NCBI GenBank assembly: GCA_048270185.1
Contig: JBLWTJ010000001.1
Location: 1,504,001 to 1,568,000 of the forward strand
Direction of reading: 5' to 3'
DNA: 64,000 nt
From: Bacteriovoracaceae bacterium
GTDB taxonomy: Bacteria > Bdellovibrionota > Bacteriovoracia > Bacteriovoracales > Bacteriovoracaceae
In this document: positions 55,986 through 64,000 of the stretch, one piece after another
Position numbering within the stretch: the stretch's first letter is position 1
Layout: every line of letters starts with the position of its first letter
Position numbers and translations under genes: made by a program
Notes under the pieces: model-generated
Database searches by the model: none
What the model saw: the letters and a program-made list of their open reading frames with translations, nothing else
What the model was told of the DNA's origin: nothing

Positions 55986-56765
55986 TTATAGATTTAATGA
56001 TTCCCAAAGTGCCGTGTAATCACCATGACCACGCGACTTCTTACCCATTTTACAAATAGGTCTTCTCATCGAGATTGACTCTTGCATCTGAACAAGATTT
56101 CTAATTGGTGGTGTAATATTAAAAGATTGAGAAAGCTCTTCAAGCCTTTGTCTCTCAATTTTTCTTCTTGTATTAACCATCGATGGGATAATTGAAAATT
56201 CTAGAGTTGGATTTTCAGTTTCCTTGATAATTTCAAAAGTATCCATCAGCTCTTCAAGACCATCAATTGAGTAATCCTGTGCTTGAGTTGGGATTAAAAT
56301 CTTATTACTAGCAACAAGTGCCATAATTAATTCATCACCAAGCATTGGTGGAGTATCAATAACAACGTAGTCAAAGATTCCAAGTTCACGTGCTTGCTCT
56401 AATCTAAGTCTCATTAGTCTTTCTTTACGTCCAGCTTCCTTTCTAATCTCACCTTCTGAAAGAATCAGAAGCTTTGAAAGGTTGGCCATATGACGACTCG
56501 ATGGAATAACTGTAATATTCTTATGAAGAGCACCTTTACCTTCAGATGGAACCATAACGTCTTCGATCGTAACGTCACCGATTAACCATTCAGGAATGAG
56601 TGTGCGATGAATTTGTAAATTAAATGTTGAACTTAGGTTAGCCTGTGAATCAAGGTCAATAACAAGTACTTTGTTACCTTTATTTGCCAGGTGTGATGCT
56701 AATTGGTAGCACTGCATTGTTTTACCAACGCCACCCTTGTTATTTGCAACCGTAATAACTTCCAT
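55986..56765 (-). CDS. parA: ParA/Soj-family ATPase
   Basis: 'NNKGGVGKT', 'IDLDSQAN', 'VIDTPP'. Confidence 0.92.
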   Translation of the reverse strand: MEVITVANNKGGVGKTMQCYQLASHLANKGNKVLVIDLDSQANLSSTFNLQIHRTLIPEWLIGDVTIEDVMVPSEGKGALHKNITVIPSSRHMANLSKLLILSEGEIRKEAGRKERLMRLRLEQARELGIFDYVVIDTPPMLGDELIMALVASNKILIPTQAQDYSIDGLEELMDTFEIIKETENPTLEFSIIPSMVNTRRKIERQRLEELSQSFNITPPIRNLVQMQESISMRRPICKMGKKSRGHGDYTALWESLNL

Positions 56766-56964
56766 GTAAAGCTCCCTCGGTCATCCAATTGACCAATAAA
56801 AAAGACTATCTATATAAAATGTTAAGAAAACTATCACGCAACGTCAAATACCTGATAAAACATTTTTTCTGGCCCATGGCGCAATAATTCTCAGGCCTCT
56901 TAAGGTGACAGCTTGTGCGGAATGTTCTATCTTCCAAAACGTATATATAGCAGGAGATGACGCA

Positions 56965-57285
56965 ATGATTAACTTCATGGAAGTAAATGAATTAAAAGAA
57001 TTAATGGACAAGAATACTGATCTTGTTTTAGTTGATTGCCGCGAACAAGACGAGTGGGATGCAGGTCACATTGATGGTGCACTCTTTATTCCTCTATCAA
57101 GTTTTGCTGATCAATATGCAACTCAATTAACAGATAAGAGTAAGAAGATCGTTATTCAATGTCGTAGTGGAAAAAGAAGCTTAAACGCTTGTCAATTTCT
57201 ACTTGAGCAAGGATTTGAAGATCTTTACAACCTTGAAGGTGGAATTCTAGCTTGGGATGCAAGCGGATACCCAATTAAGGAATAA
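56965..57285 (+). CDS. Single-domain rhodanese (sulfurtransferase)
   Basis: 'DCRE.DEW.AGHI.GA..IPL', active loop 'CRSGKRS', 'NLEGGILAW'; start ATG 56965 after AGGAG. Confidence 0.9.
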   Translation: MINFMEVNELKELMDKNTDLVLVDCREQDEWDAGHIDGALFIPLSSFADQYATQLTDKSKKIVIQCRSGKRSLNACQFLLEQGFEDLYNLEGGILAWDASGYPIKE

Positions 57286-57305
57286 TAGAATTTAAAGGAA
57301 AATAT

Positions 57306-58412
57306 ATGTTGGATCTATTTGGAAAAGAAGAAGTTCATCGTCCCCTTATTTCTCAAGAGGAATTATCAGATGATGAAGTTCTAGTTGAGCTTAGAAAGAT
57401 TAAAGAAGAACTTAAAGATCAGGTTGTGGTTCTTGGGCATCATTATCAACAAGATGATGTTATTGAATTTGCAGATTACAAAGGTGACTCTTTAAAGCTT
57501 GCACAAGATGCCGCTAACCTTGATAAGCCGTATGTTATTTTCTGTGGTGTTCACTTCATGGCAGAAACAGCAGATATGCTTTCTAAAGAAGACCAACATG
57601 TCATCCTTCCAGATATGCAAGCTGGATGCTCAATGGCCGATATGGCAAATCGCGATGAGATCGATAAGGCATGGGCCTATATGCAAAAGTCGACACAAGA
57701 AAAAATTGTGCCGATTACATATATCAACTGTGCCGCAACTCTTAAGTCATTTGTTGGAGAAAACGACGGAACAATTTGTACGTCATCTAATGCCAGAAGC
57801 ATTATTGAATGGGCCTTCACTCAAGGACAAAAACTTCTATTCTTCCCTGACCAACACTTAGGAAGAAATACTTGTCACGACCTTGGAATCTCACTTGATG
57901 AGATGGTTGTCTATAATCCAAATATGTTAAATGGTGGACTAAAGCCTGAACAAATTGATAAGGCCAAAGTCATTCTTTGGTATGGTTTCTGTTCTGTTCA
58001 CCAAGGTTTTACAGCACAACAAGTTGAAGACATTAAAAAGAATCGTCCAGACACAACAGTCATCGTTCACCCTGAGTGTAACTTTGATGTTGTTCAAGCC
58101 GCTCACGATAACGGGTCAACGGCCTATATCATTAATAAGATCAAAGATGCTCCTGCCGGTTCAAAATTTGCAGTTGGAACTGAAATCAATCTTGTAAACC
58201 GTTTGGCAAATGATTTTCCAGATAAAGAAATCACTTCACTGTCACCTTACCAGTGTTTGTGTACAACAATGTACCGAGTAAGACCTCGCTGGCTACTTGC
58301 CAGCTTCCGAGCGATTAAGGAAAATAAACCTATTAATATAATTAAAGTAGATGACAAGACTAAGGAATATTCGCTTAAAGCATTAAATAAGATGCTTGAG
58401 CTGAGTAAATAG
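57306..58412 (+). CDS. nadA: Quinolinate synthase A
   Basis: 'LGHHYQ', 'FCGVHFMAET', 'AGCSMADM', 'YINC', 'CTSSNA', 'PDQHLG', 'CSVH', 'VHPEC', 'GTE.NLV'. Confidence 0.95.
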   Translation: MLDLFGKEEVHRPLISQEELSDDEVLVELRKIKEELKDQVVVLGHHYQQDDVIEFADYKGDSLKLAQDAANLDKPYVIFCGVHFMAETADMLSKEDQHVILPDMQAGCSMADMANRDEIDKAWAYMQKSTQEKIVPITYINCAATLKSFVGENDGTICTSSNARSIIEWAFTQGQKLLFFPDQHLGRNTCHDLGISLDEMVVYNPNMLNGGLKPEQIDKAKVILWYGFCSVHQGFTAQQVEDIKKNRPDTTVIVHPECNFDVVQAAHDNGSTAYIINKIKDAPAGSKFAVGTEINLVNRLANDFPDKEITSLSPYQCLCTTMYRVRPRWLLASFRAIKENKPINIIKVDDKTKEYSLKALNKMLELSK

Positions 58413-58439
58413 GTTTACACGCAAGAGAGAGGAATTTAC

Positions 58440-59588
58440 ATGCAAGAAATTTACGCTGACTACAATGGAAGTGCTCCTATTTGTAACGAAGTAAAAGAGT
58501 ACCTAATCAACAGACTGAACAAAGGACCGTTTGCAAACCCAAACGCAACTCACCACGTAGGGACAAGAGTTAAAGTTGCGATGGAGAATGCACGTTCTCA
58601 CTGTGCAAAAATTCTTGGGGCCCATATGTCTCAATTAGTTTTTAATTCAGGTTCAACTGAAGGGATCTCAACGGTATTCCAATCTGTTCTACTTAATAAT
58701 CCAAAGAAAAAAATTATCATCTCAGGAATTGAACATTCTGCTGTAACAAATAACGCTCTTTTTTACGAAGAAAATTTTGGTAAGCAAGTTTACACACTTC
58801 AAACAAAGCCAAATGGAATCGTTGATATTGAAGACCTAATTAATCATATCGACGAAGACACTGCTCTGGTTGCTGTAATGGCAGCAAATAATGAGACAGG
58901 AGTTATCCAACCATATGCAGATGTAGCTAAAATCTGCCAAGAAAAAGAAATTCCATTTCTTTGTGATACAACTCAATTTGTCGGTAAGACTCCATTTAAT
59001 TTTTCAGAGTCTGGAATTGATTACGCCGTTGTCGCTGGTCACAAAATTGGAGGCCTTACTGGTTCTGGTCTTCTTATTGCAAAAGATCCAACAACTCTAA
59101 AGCCACTAATCATTGGTGGAGGCCAAGAAAAAGGACTTCGCGGTGGAACACAGAACTATTTAGGAAACGAAACTCTTGCCGTTGCTCTAACTTATTCAAT
59201 GAGCAACCTTCAAAAACACGAAGCGATCAATTCAAAGCGTGAACAATTTGAAAAAAATATCAAAGCTAAATTCCCACAAGTTGTCATCATTGGAGAAGAA
59301 GCACCAAGACTTTCTTCAACGACATATCTTTCAATGCCAGGTATCCACGGACAAGCAGTTCAGATGGAACTTGAATCAGAAGGAATCTATGTAACGACTT
59401 CTTCAGCATGTTCTGACAATAACCCTCAGACTTCTAAAGTTCTTAAGGCCATGGGAGTATCTGACGATATTGGTCGCGGGGTGGTTAGAATTTCCCTAGG
59501 CCTTTGTAATGATCCGGCCATTTATGATAGAATCGAAAGTGCATTAATTACTGCTTACGAAAAACTATCAAAGATAAAAAGCTACTAA
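58440..59588 (+). CDS. Cysteine desulfurase (NifS/IscS-like)
   Basis: 'YADYNGS', 'FNSGSTE', 'IEHSAV', 'ANNETG.IQP', 'GHKIGG', 'RGGTQN', 'SSACS'. Confidence 0.92.
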   Translation: MQEIYADYNGSAPICNEVKEYLINRLNKGPFANPNATHHVGTRVKVAMENARSHCAKILGAHMSQLVFNSGSTEGISTVFQSVLLNNPKKKIIISGIEHSAVTNNALFYEENFGKQVYTLQTKPNGIVDIEDLINHIDEDTALVAVMAANNETGVIQPYADVAKICQEKEIPFLCDTTQFVGKTPFNFSESGIDYAVVAGHKIGGLTGSGLLIAKDPTTLKPLIIGGGQEKGLRGGTQNYLGNETLAVALTYSMSNLQKHEAINSKREQFEKNIKAKFPQVVIIGEEAPRLSSTTYLSMPGIHGQAVQMELESEGIYVTTSSACSDNNPQTSKVLKAMGVSDDIGRGVVRISLGLCNDPAIYDRIESALITAYEKLSKIKSY

Positions 59589-59607
59589 GCTAAAAAGTTT
59601 ATAATAA

Positions 59608-60666
59608 TTGAAGAAAATATCTGCTCTCCTATTCCTATGTTTCAGTATCCTGATTTCATGCACAGGTGGAGAGCAGAAATATGATAACTTCACTCTCTCT
59701 TCAAAATTTTTAAAAGACGAAAAGAATCAAGACGAAGTCATTTACTTTGCTTATACAAGTAGCTTGAACTCAAAAATTGTGCCTCATCAAGATGAATTTC
59801 TTGAAGGGTCCAAAATTGAGTTCGGTGGTGAGACTCTTATAAATAAGTACATCACGGCCATGCGTACAAAAGTTAAAAACCTTGTCCTGATTGATGGCGG
59901 ACAAATTTTGGCTACTGACTATCATCTTGGTGGTGAGCTTATCTTAAATAATTTTCAAGATATGAATTATGATGCCATTCTTCTTTCTGACCACGAACTC
60001 TTAACTTTTAAAAATAATGTCCTGCCTGATGGCATCCCATTTGTTAACTCAAACCTAATCGCTCTTGATACTAACTCTTCTTTCATTCAGCACGGGAATC
60101 AAGAATATATCATCAAGGAAATTGAAGGGGTTAAAATTGGTATCATTGGTCTAACTCCTTATAAGCCTAAACTTAAGAAACAAGATGGCCTTGAAGGGAT
60201 CCTCTTTGACGATGTGGTAGCAAGAGTTATTGAAATTAAGAAAAAATTAAAAGGTAAGACTGACTTCAATATCGCTCTTCTTCACTCACACACGAAGTGT
60301 AGTGATAGAATCGATTACCGCTTCAAAGAATGCAAACTTGATACAGCATCAATAAAGGCCATCCTAGAGCGTCTACCTCCAGATACTTTTGATATCATCT
60401 TTTCTGGCAATAGCTTTCAAGCTCAAACTCAAATCATGGGCTATCCTGTTGTTTCCAACCTAGGTCATGGTGAATTCATAACTTTTGTTAGCTACGACAA
60501 GAAAACAAAGAGAGTTGAAGCAAAGCAAGTTAGAGTATGTTCAAAATTTTATGCAGAAACTAAGAGTTGTTATATTGATCCAGACGATATTGATTCAACA
60601 AAGACAGTTAGAAAGTCAAAAATGAAGCTTCTTCCTGCAAAAGTTTTTGATTCCGAAATCTTATAA
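59608..60666 (+). CDS. Lipoprotein with degenerate 5'-nucleotidase-type metallophosphoesterase domain
   Basis: Lipobox 'LISC'; 'LIDGGQ', 'YDAILLSDHEL', 'PFVNSNL', 'GVKIGIIGLT' follow the UshA N-domain layout with metal ligands altered; no C-terminal substrate domain. Confidence 0.65.
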   Translation: MKKISALLFLCFSILISCTGGEQKYDNFTLSSKFLKDEKNQDEVIYFAYTSSLNSKIVPHQDEFLEGSKIEFGGETLINKYITAMRTKVKNLVLIDGGQILATDYHLGGELILNNFQDMNYDAILLSDHELLTFKNNVLPDGIPFVNSNLIALDTNSSFIQHGNQEYIIKEIEGVKIGIIGLTPYKPKLKKQDGLEGILFDDVVARVIEIKKKLKGKTDFNIALLHSHTKCSDRIDYRFKECKLDTASIKAILERLPPDTFDIIFSGNSFQAQTQIMGYPVVSNLGHGEFITFVSYDKKTKRVEAKQVRVCSKFYAETKSCYIDPDDIDSTKTVRKSKMKLLPAKVFDSEIL

Positions 60667-61437
60667 ACAAATAAGAATCCCATCATCACTACAGAATGTA
60701 CTAAGCCCTGGTTTACAAAAACCTGCTGGAGATCCTTCAAAACAAAGAGTTGGAAGCTTACTATCAAGGGTCTTATAACCTCGAGGACACGCCGGTTGAT
60801 TCTTATTCCCACACTTATCTTGGCCACAATATTTGGAACCACCTTGAGGGCAATTAAAGTCCACGACTTCATAACTTCCGCTTTCACATTGATCGCAACG
60901 ATAATCTACGACATCACTACATTCAATATTAACCCCGTGACAAAGAACACCATCTTTTAATTTTTCAACATCCTTTATCCCCTCCATATCCACAAAGACA
61001 TTATCAAAGAATGAGTGCTTAAGTTGATTATCAAAGGCTTGGTACTTCTTTTGAACTTTATAGTTTAAAAGAGGAAAGACACGATTTTCATCATTAATAT
61101 TAAATTCAAGAGTGATATTTCTCGATGTAAATAGCTTCAAACTAAGGGAAGATATTCTCTCTTCTTCAAAAACTGCATCATCAGAGAAGTCACAGCGAGA
61201 AGATCTTCTTACAATTTTTAATATTCCTGAATCATTCTTAAAAGGTGTTTTATAGAAGACACAATACTTACTAAACTGCATTAGACTTACCCAATTATTT
61301 CGAGGTAAGACGATTTCTTTACCATTCAAGTACTGCTCATTAAAATCTATTTTTGTCACACGACTAAGTTCATAGGCCAGATCAAATTTTGGACTTAAAC
61401 ATGAAGTAAGAAGTATTAGACACAGGAGTACTCTCAT
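60661..61437 (-). CDS. Hypothetical lipoprotein with Cys-rich C-terminal domain
   Basis: Lipobox 'LTSC'; dense Cys cluster in the last ~95 aa. Confidence 0.7.
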   Translation of the reverse strand: MRVLLCLILLTSCLSPKFDLAYELSRVTKIDFNEQYLNGKEIVLPRNNWVSLMQFSKYCVFYKTPFKNDSGILKIVRRSSRCDFSDDAVFEEERISSLSLKLFTSRNITLEFNINDENRVFPLLNYKVQKKYQAFDNQLKHSFFDNVFVDMEGIKDVEKLKDGVLCHGVNIECSDVVDYRCDQCESGSYEVVDFNCPQGGSKYCGQDKCGNKNQPACPRGYKTLDSKLPTLCFEGSPAGFCKPGLSTFCSDDGILICL

Positions 61438-62606
61438 TACAGACTCCTCATACAGCGGAACGCTATCTTGTAATCATCCGCAAGATTAGTTGCAACAAAT
61501 GGATCAAAGGCAATATTATTCACGCCTAAACCTTCTGCATCCCAGTAACCTCTCATCCCTGTTTGATGTGCCTTTGAATGCCAGCTAAAGTAGAAAGATG
61601 ATAATTTTAAATTCTCACTTGGATGGATAATATTTCTAAGATACTCAAAAGGTCCTCCAAATATATCGTAAACCCCGGCCCATGAAACATTTTGACTATT
61701 TTTTTGAATATAGTTTTGATCAAGGCATTCTGCTGAATAATCTTTAAGACAAAGTTCAAGTCTTTCTTTTTCCGTTATCAAGTCCTTATTAAATTCCTTC
61801 ATTCGTTGTATTTTATTAATGAGTGTTTTTGTATTCTTTCTTTCCCAAGGATATAAAGGTGCGCGTAAATACTTTGTCTGATTATCATTTAAATCTTCAG
61901 GGTGAATTGTCACAGCATCATAGACCTGAGCTGACAAAATCGTCTTTCCTTGAAACTTACAATAGGCTTCCATTTCGGCAGTCGTTAGACCACTAGTATA
62001 GATATATTTATTTTGATCTTTAACTTTAGCAGCGGCATCCGCTGAAATTTTTGACTGGGCCAATTGATTCCAATTTAAAATTTCCCAATTTTGAACGTGG
62101 AATTTGTCGACAAAGAGATTGCGATTAAAATTATCCCAAGAAATCGTCACTCCTCTCTTATTGGCCATAAAGGGATAAAAACGTTGTGGGACGTAAGTCT
62201 CTTGACAGCTATCGGCAAAGCTTAGCTTAACCTCTTCATTAAAACCTTCCACTAAGATATTAAAGTCATAGTAGCGATAACTAGGGGCCTGATGGTACTT
62301 ATATTTTGAATTCGTACTTACCGAACGTAGTTTCTTATTAATATGAACATTTACCAGCTTCTTATCCAGTAGACATTGTAAATAGTCAGGTAAACACTGA
62401 TAGTATTGATCATCAACGTAGCTTATAGTCTTGCAAGCACCCTCTTTATCTAGTCTGGCATTCTCCCACTCAAATTTTAGGGTATTGATAATATCAATCA
62501 GCTGACTATTTGAAAGCTTAGGCCCTTCAGTTTTTGAAGTGTAGATGAAGTAACCGAGTGCCGCGCTCAGAATTATAATGGTTGTTATTATGATTTTTTT
62601 AAACAT
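61437..62606 (-). CDS. Membrane-anchored protein with divergent FGE-sulfatase (SUMF1)-like domain
   Basis: N-terminal TM; 'FVDKFHV', 'EAYCKFQGK', 'YPWE', 'GVYDIFGG.FEY', C-terminal 'IAFRC'. Confidence 0.65.
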   Translation of the reverse strand: MFKKIIITTIIILSAALGYFIYTSKTEGPKLSNSQLIDIINTLKFEWENARLDKEGACKTISYVDDQYYQCLPDYLQCLLDKKLVNVHINKKLRSVSTNSKYKYHQAPSYRYYDFNILVEGFNEEVKLSFADSCQETYVPQRFYPFMANKRGVTISWDNFNRNLFVDKFHVQNWEILNWNQLAQSKISADAAAKVKDQNKYIYTSGLTTAEMEAYCKFQGKTILSAQVYDAVTIHPEDLNDNQTKYLRAPLYPWERKNTKTLINKIQRMKEFNKDLITEKERLELCLKDYSAECLDQNYIQKNSQNVSWAGVYDIFGGPFEYLRNIIHPSENLKLSSFYFSWHSKAHQTGMRGYWDAEGLGVNNIAFDPFVATNLADDYKIAFRCMRSL

Positions 62607-62687
62607 TTCTCACTTATATGAAAGGGCCAATCAATGGTAAAATTATAACTAGAAATACCTTATGTTAAAAGGTTAGAAAGGAATATT

Positions 62688-64000
62688 ATGGATTGGATCA
62701 ATAGCTTAAATGAATTAGAAGTTAATGGTAATGAGATCATGTCATTTTTTGACTATTATGAGCTCTTTAAAAAGCATCCTGAAAGGGAGCTTCGACCGAC
62801 TTCAGCTTATCTCCAAGACATGGTTAATCACTTTGGCCGTGACGAAGAAGGTCACTTAAGCGTTTTTGGTAAAGATGATCAAGATGCTCCAGCAGTTTTT
62901 GGCCAACACAAGATTCAAGAAAAGATTATTGAACAACTTAGAAACTTTGCAGAAGAAGGCTTCAATAATAAATTTATTCTCCTAGTTGGTCCAAATGGCT
63001 CTTCAAAGAGTTCACTTGTAAAGAGACTAATGAAAGGGGCAGAAGATTATTCTAAGACAGATGAAGGTGCTCTTTATTCTTTTAGCTGGATCTTTCCAAT
63101 CAATACTGTTGTTAAAGGAACACTAGGTCTTAATCAAACACAGTCAGGAGTTAATATTAACTCTTATGCTGAATTAGAAGATAAGGATATCTCGGCCATC
63201 CTTACTTCAGATCTTAAAGACCATCCACTTCTTCTAATTCCAAAAGAAGCGAGAAAGGATATTATTCAATCGGCCTATCATGACCGACCAGAAAAACTTG
63301 AAGAAATTGAAAAGTCATACTTAGTTCGCGGGGATCTCTCAAAGAGAAACCGCATGATCTACGATGCACTATTAAAAAATTATAAAGGTAAGCACGAAGA
63401 AGTTCTTAAGCATATTCGTGTTGAGCGCTATACAATCTCACGTCGCTATTCAAGAAGTGCCGTAACAATTGAGCCACAATTACATGTTGATGCAAAAATG
63501 CAACAGATCACAATGGATCAGCGCCTGGCCTCTCTTCCACCGTCTCTACAATCTCTAAATTTATTTCAGATGTCAGGAGAGACGATTCACGCCAATCGTG
63601 GAATCCTTGAATACTCAGATCTTTTAAAAAGGCCTCTTGATACATTCAAGTACCTTCTTATGACAATGGAGTCGGGATCAATTAATCTAGGCGGCATTCT
63701 AACAGAGCTAGATATTTTCTTTATTGGAACATCAAATGAAGTTCATCTGACGGCTTTCAAACAACACCCAGACTTTAATTCATTTAAAGGGCGCTTTACA
63801 TTTATTCGCGTCCCATACCTACTCGACTATCGAAATGAAATGCATATCTACCAAAGACAGATTGATAGTATTAAAGATCGCACTCGTTTCGAACCAGGGG
63901 CACTCGAGGCCATTGGAAAATTCTCTGTCATGACAAGAATTCGCTCATGTATGAGTAAGCACTACGAGAAGGAACCGAAGCTTTCTTCAATTGTGACAAC
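62688..64000 (+). CDS. prkA: PrkA-family AAA+ protein (serine protein kinase PrkA), truncated by window end
   Basis: Manual translation from ATG 62688 (AAGGA RBS): MDWINSLNE...FILLVGPNGSSKSS...GALYSFSWIFP...ANRGILEYSDLLKRP...GTSNE...VPYLL; I found no stop before the window end. Confidence 0.88.
   Translation, partial: MDWINSLNELEVNGNEIMSFFDYYELFKKHPERELRPTSAYLQDMVNHFGRDEEGHLSVFGKDDQDAPAVFGQHKIQEKIIEQLRNFAEEGFNNKFILLVGPNGSSKSSLVKRLMKGAEDYSKTDEGALYSFSWIFPINTVVKGTLGLNQTQSGVNINSYAELEDKDISAILTSDLKDHPLLLIPKEARKDIIQSAYHDRPEKLEEIEKSYLVRGDLSKRNRMIYDALLKNYKGKHEEVLKHIRVERYTISRRYSRSAVTIEPQLHVDAKMQQITMDQRLASLPPSLQSLNLFQMSGETIHANRGILEYSDLLKRPLDTFKYLLMTMESGSINLGGILTELDIFFIGTSNEVHLTAFKQHPDFNSFKGRFTFIRVPYLLDYRNEMHIYQRQIDSIKDRTRFEPGALEAIGKFSVMTRIRSCMSKHYEKEPKLSSIVT

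Noticed and set aside
49828..56765. umuDC plus parAB as a plasmid, ICE or prophage remnant
   Set aside because: They are separated by gdhA and orphan secreted genes, with no mobility, replication or phage genes and no att-like repeats seen.
231..60887. Numerous 60-120 aa ORFs nested in or antisense to long genes
   Set aside because: No motifs, and they overlap well-supported CDSs; treated as chance ORFs.
61437..62606. Diversity-generating retroelement target (FGE/C-lectin fold)
   Set aside because: No reverse transcriptase and no template-repeat copy of the 3' end seen in the window.

Overview
AT-rich, gene-dense bacterial chromosomal segment. Gene content (SUV3-like helicase, DUF455, PrkA, HD-GYP, many Cys-rich secreted orphans, sigma-28-type promoters) suggests a predatory Bdellovibrionota, probably Halobacteriovorax/Bacteriovoracaceae-like; this is inference, not a database match. 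It carries a partial DEAD-box helicase, tRNA-Leu(TAG), an Opp-type ABC transporter without ATPase genes, a TPR lipoprotein plus LolB-like lipoprotein, a PhaR-like regulator/outer-membrane barrel/paired Get3-ArsA-like ATPase locus, reverse-transsulfuration genes, a SUV3-DUF455-ATP-grasp operon, an NTT-family nucleotide transporter, ahcY, rpiB, gpmI, pfkA, umuDC, gdhA, a non-origin parAB pair, nadA with a cysteine desulfurase and a partial prkA. No CRISPR array, integrase, transposase or prophage was seen. Most interesting signals: (i) five genes with identical -35/17/-10/6-nt/ATG geometry implying leaderless mRNAs, including umuD, whose promoter holds an 11-bp tandem repeat; (ii) sigma-28-like promoters ahead of proteins ending in Ala-Ala (candidate ClpXP degrons); (iii) a structured, CsrA-site-like RNA element between parA and parB; (iv) the uncharacterised PhaR-OMP-Get3-pair and SUV3-DUF455-ATP-grasp operons.
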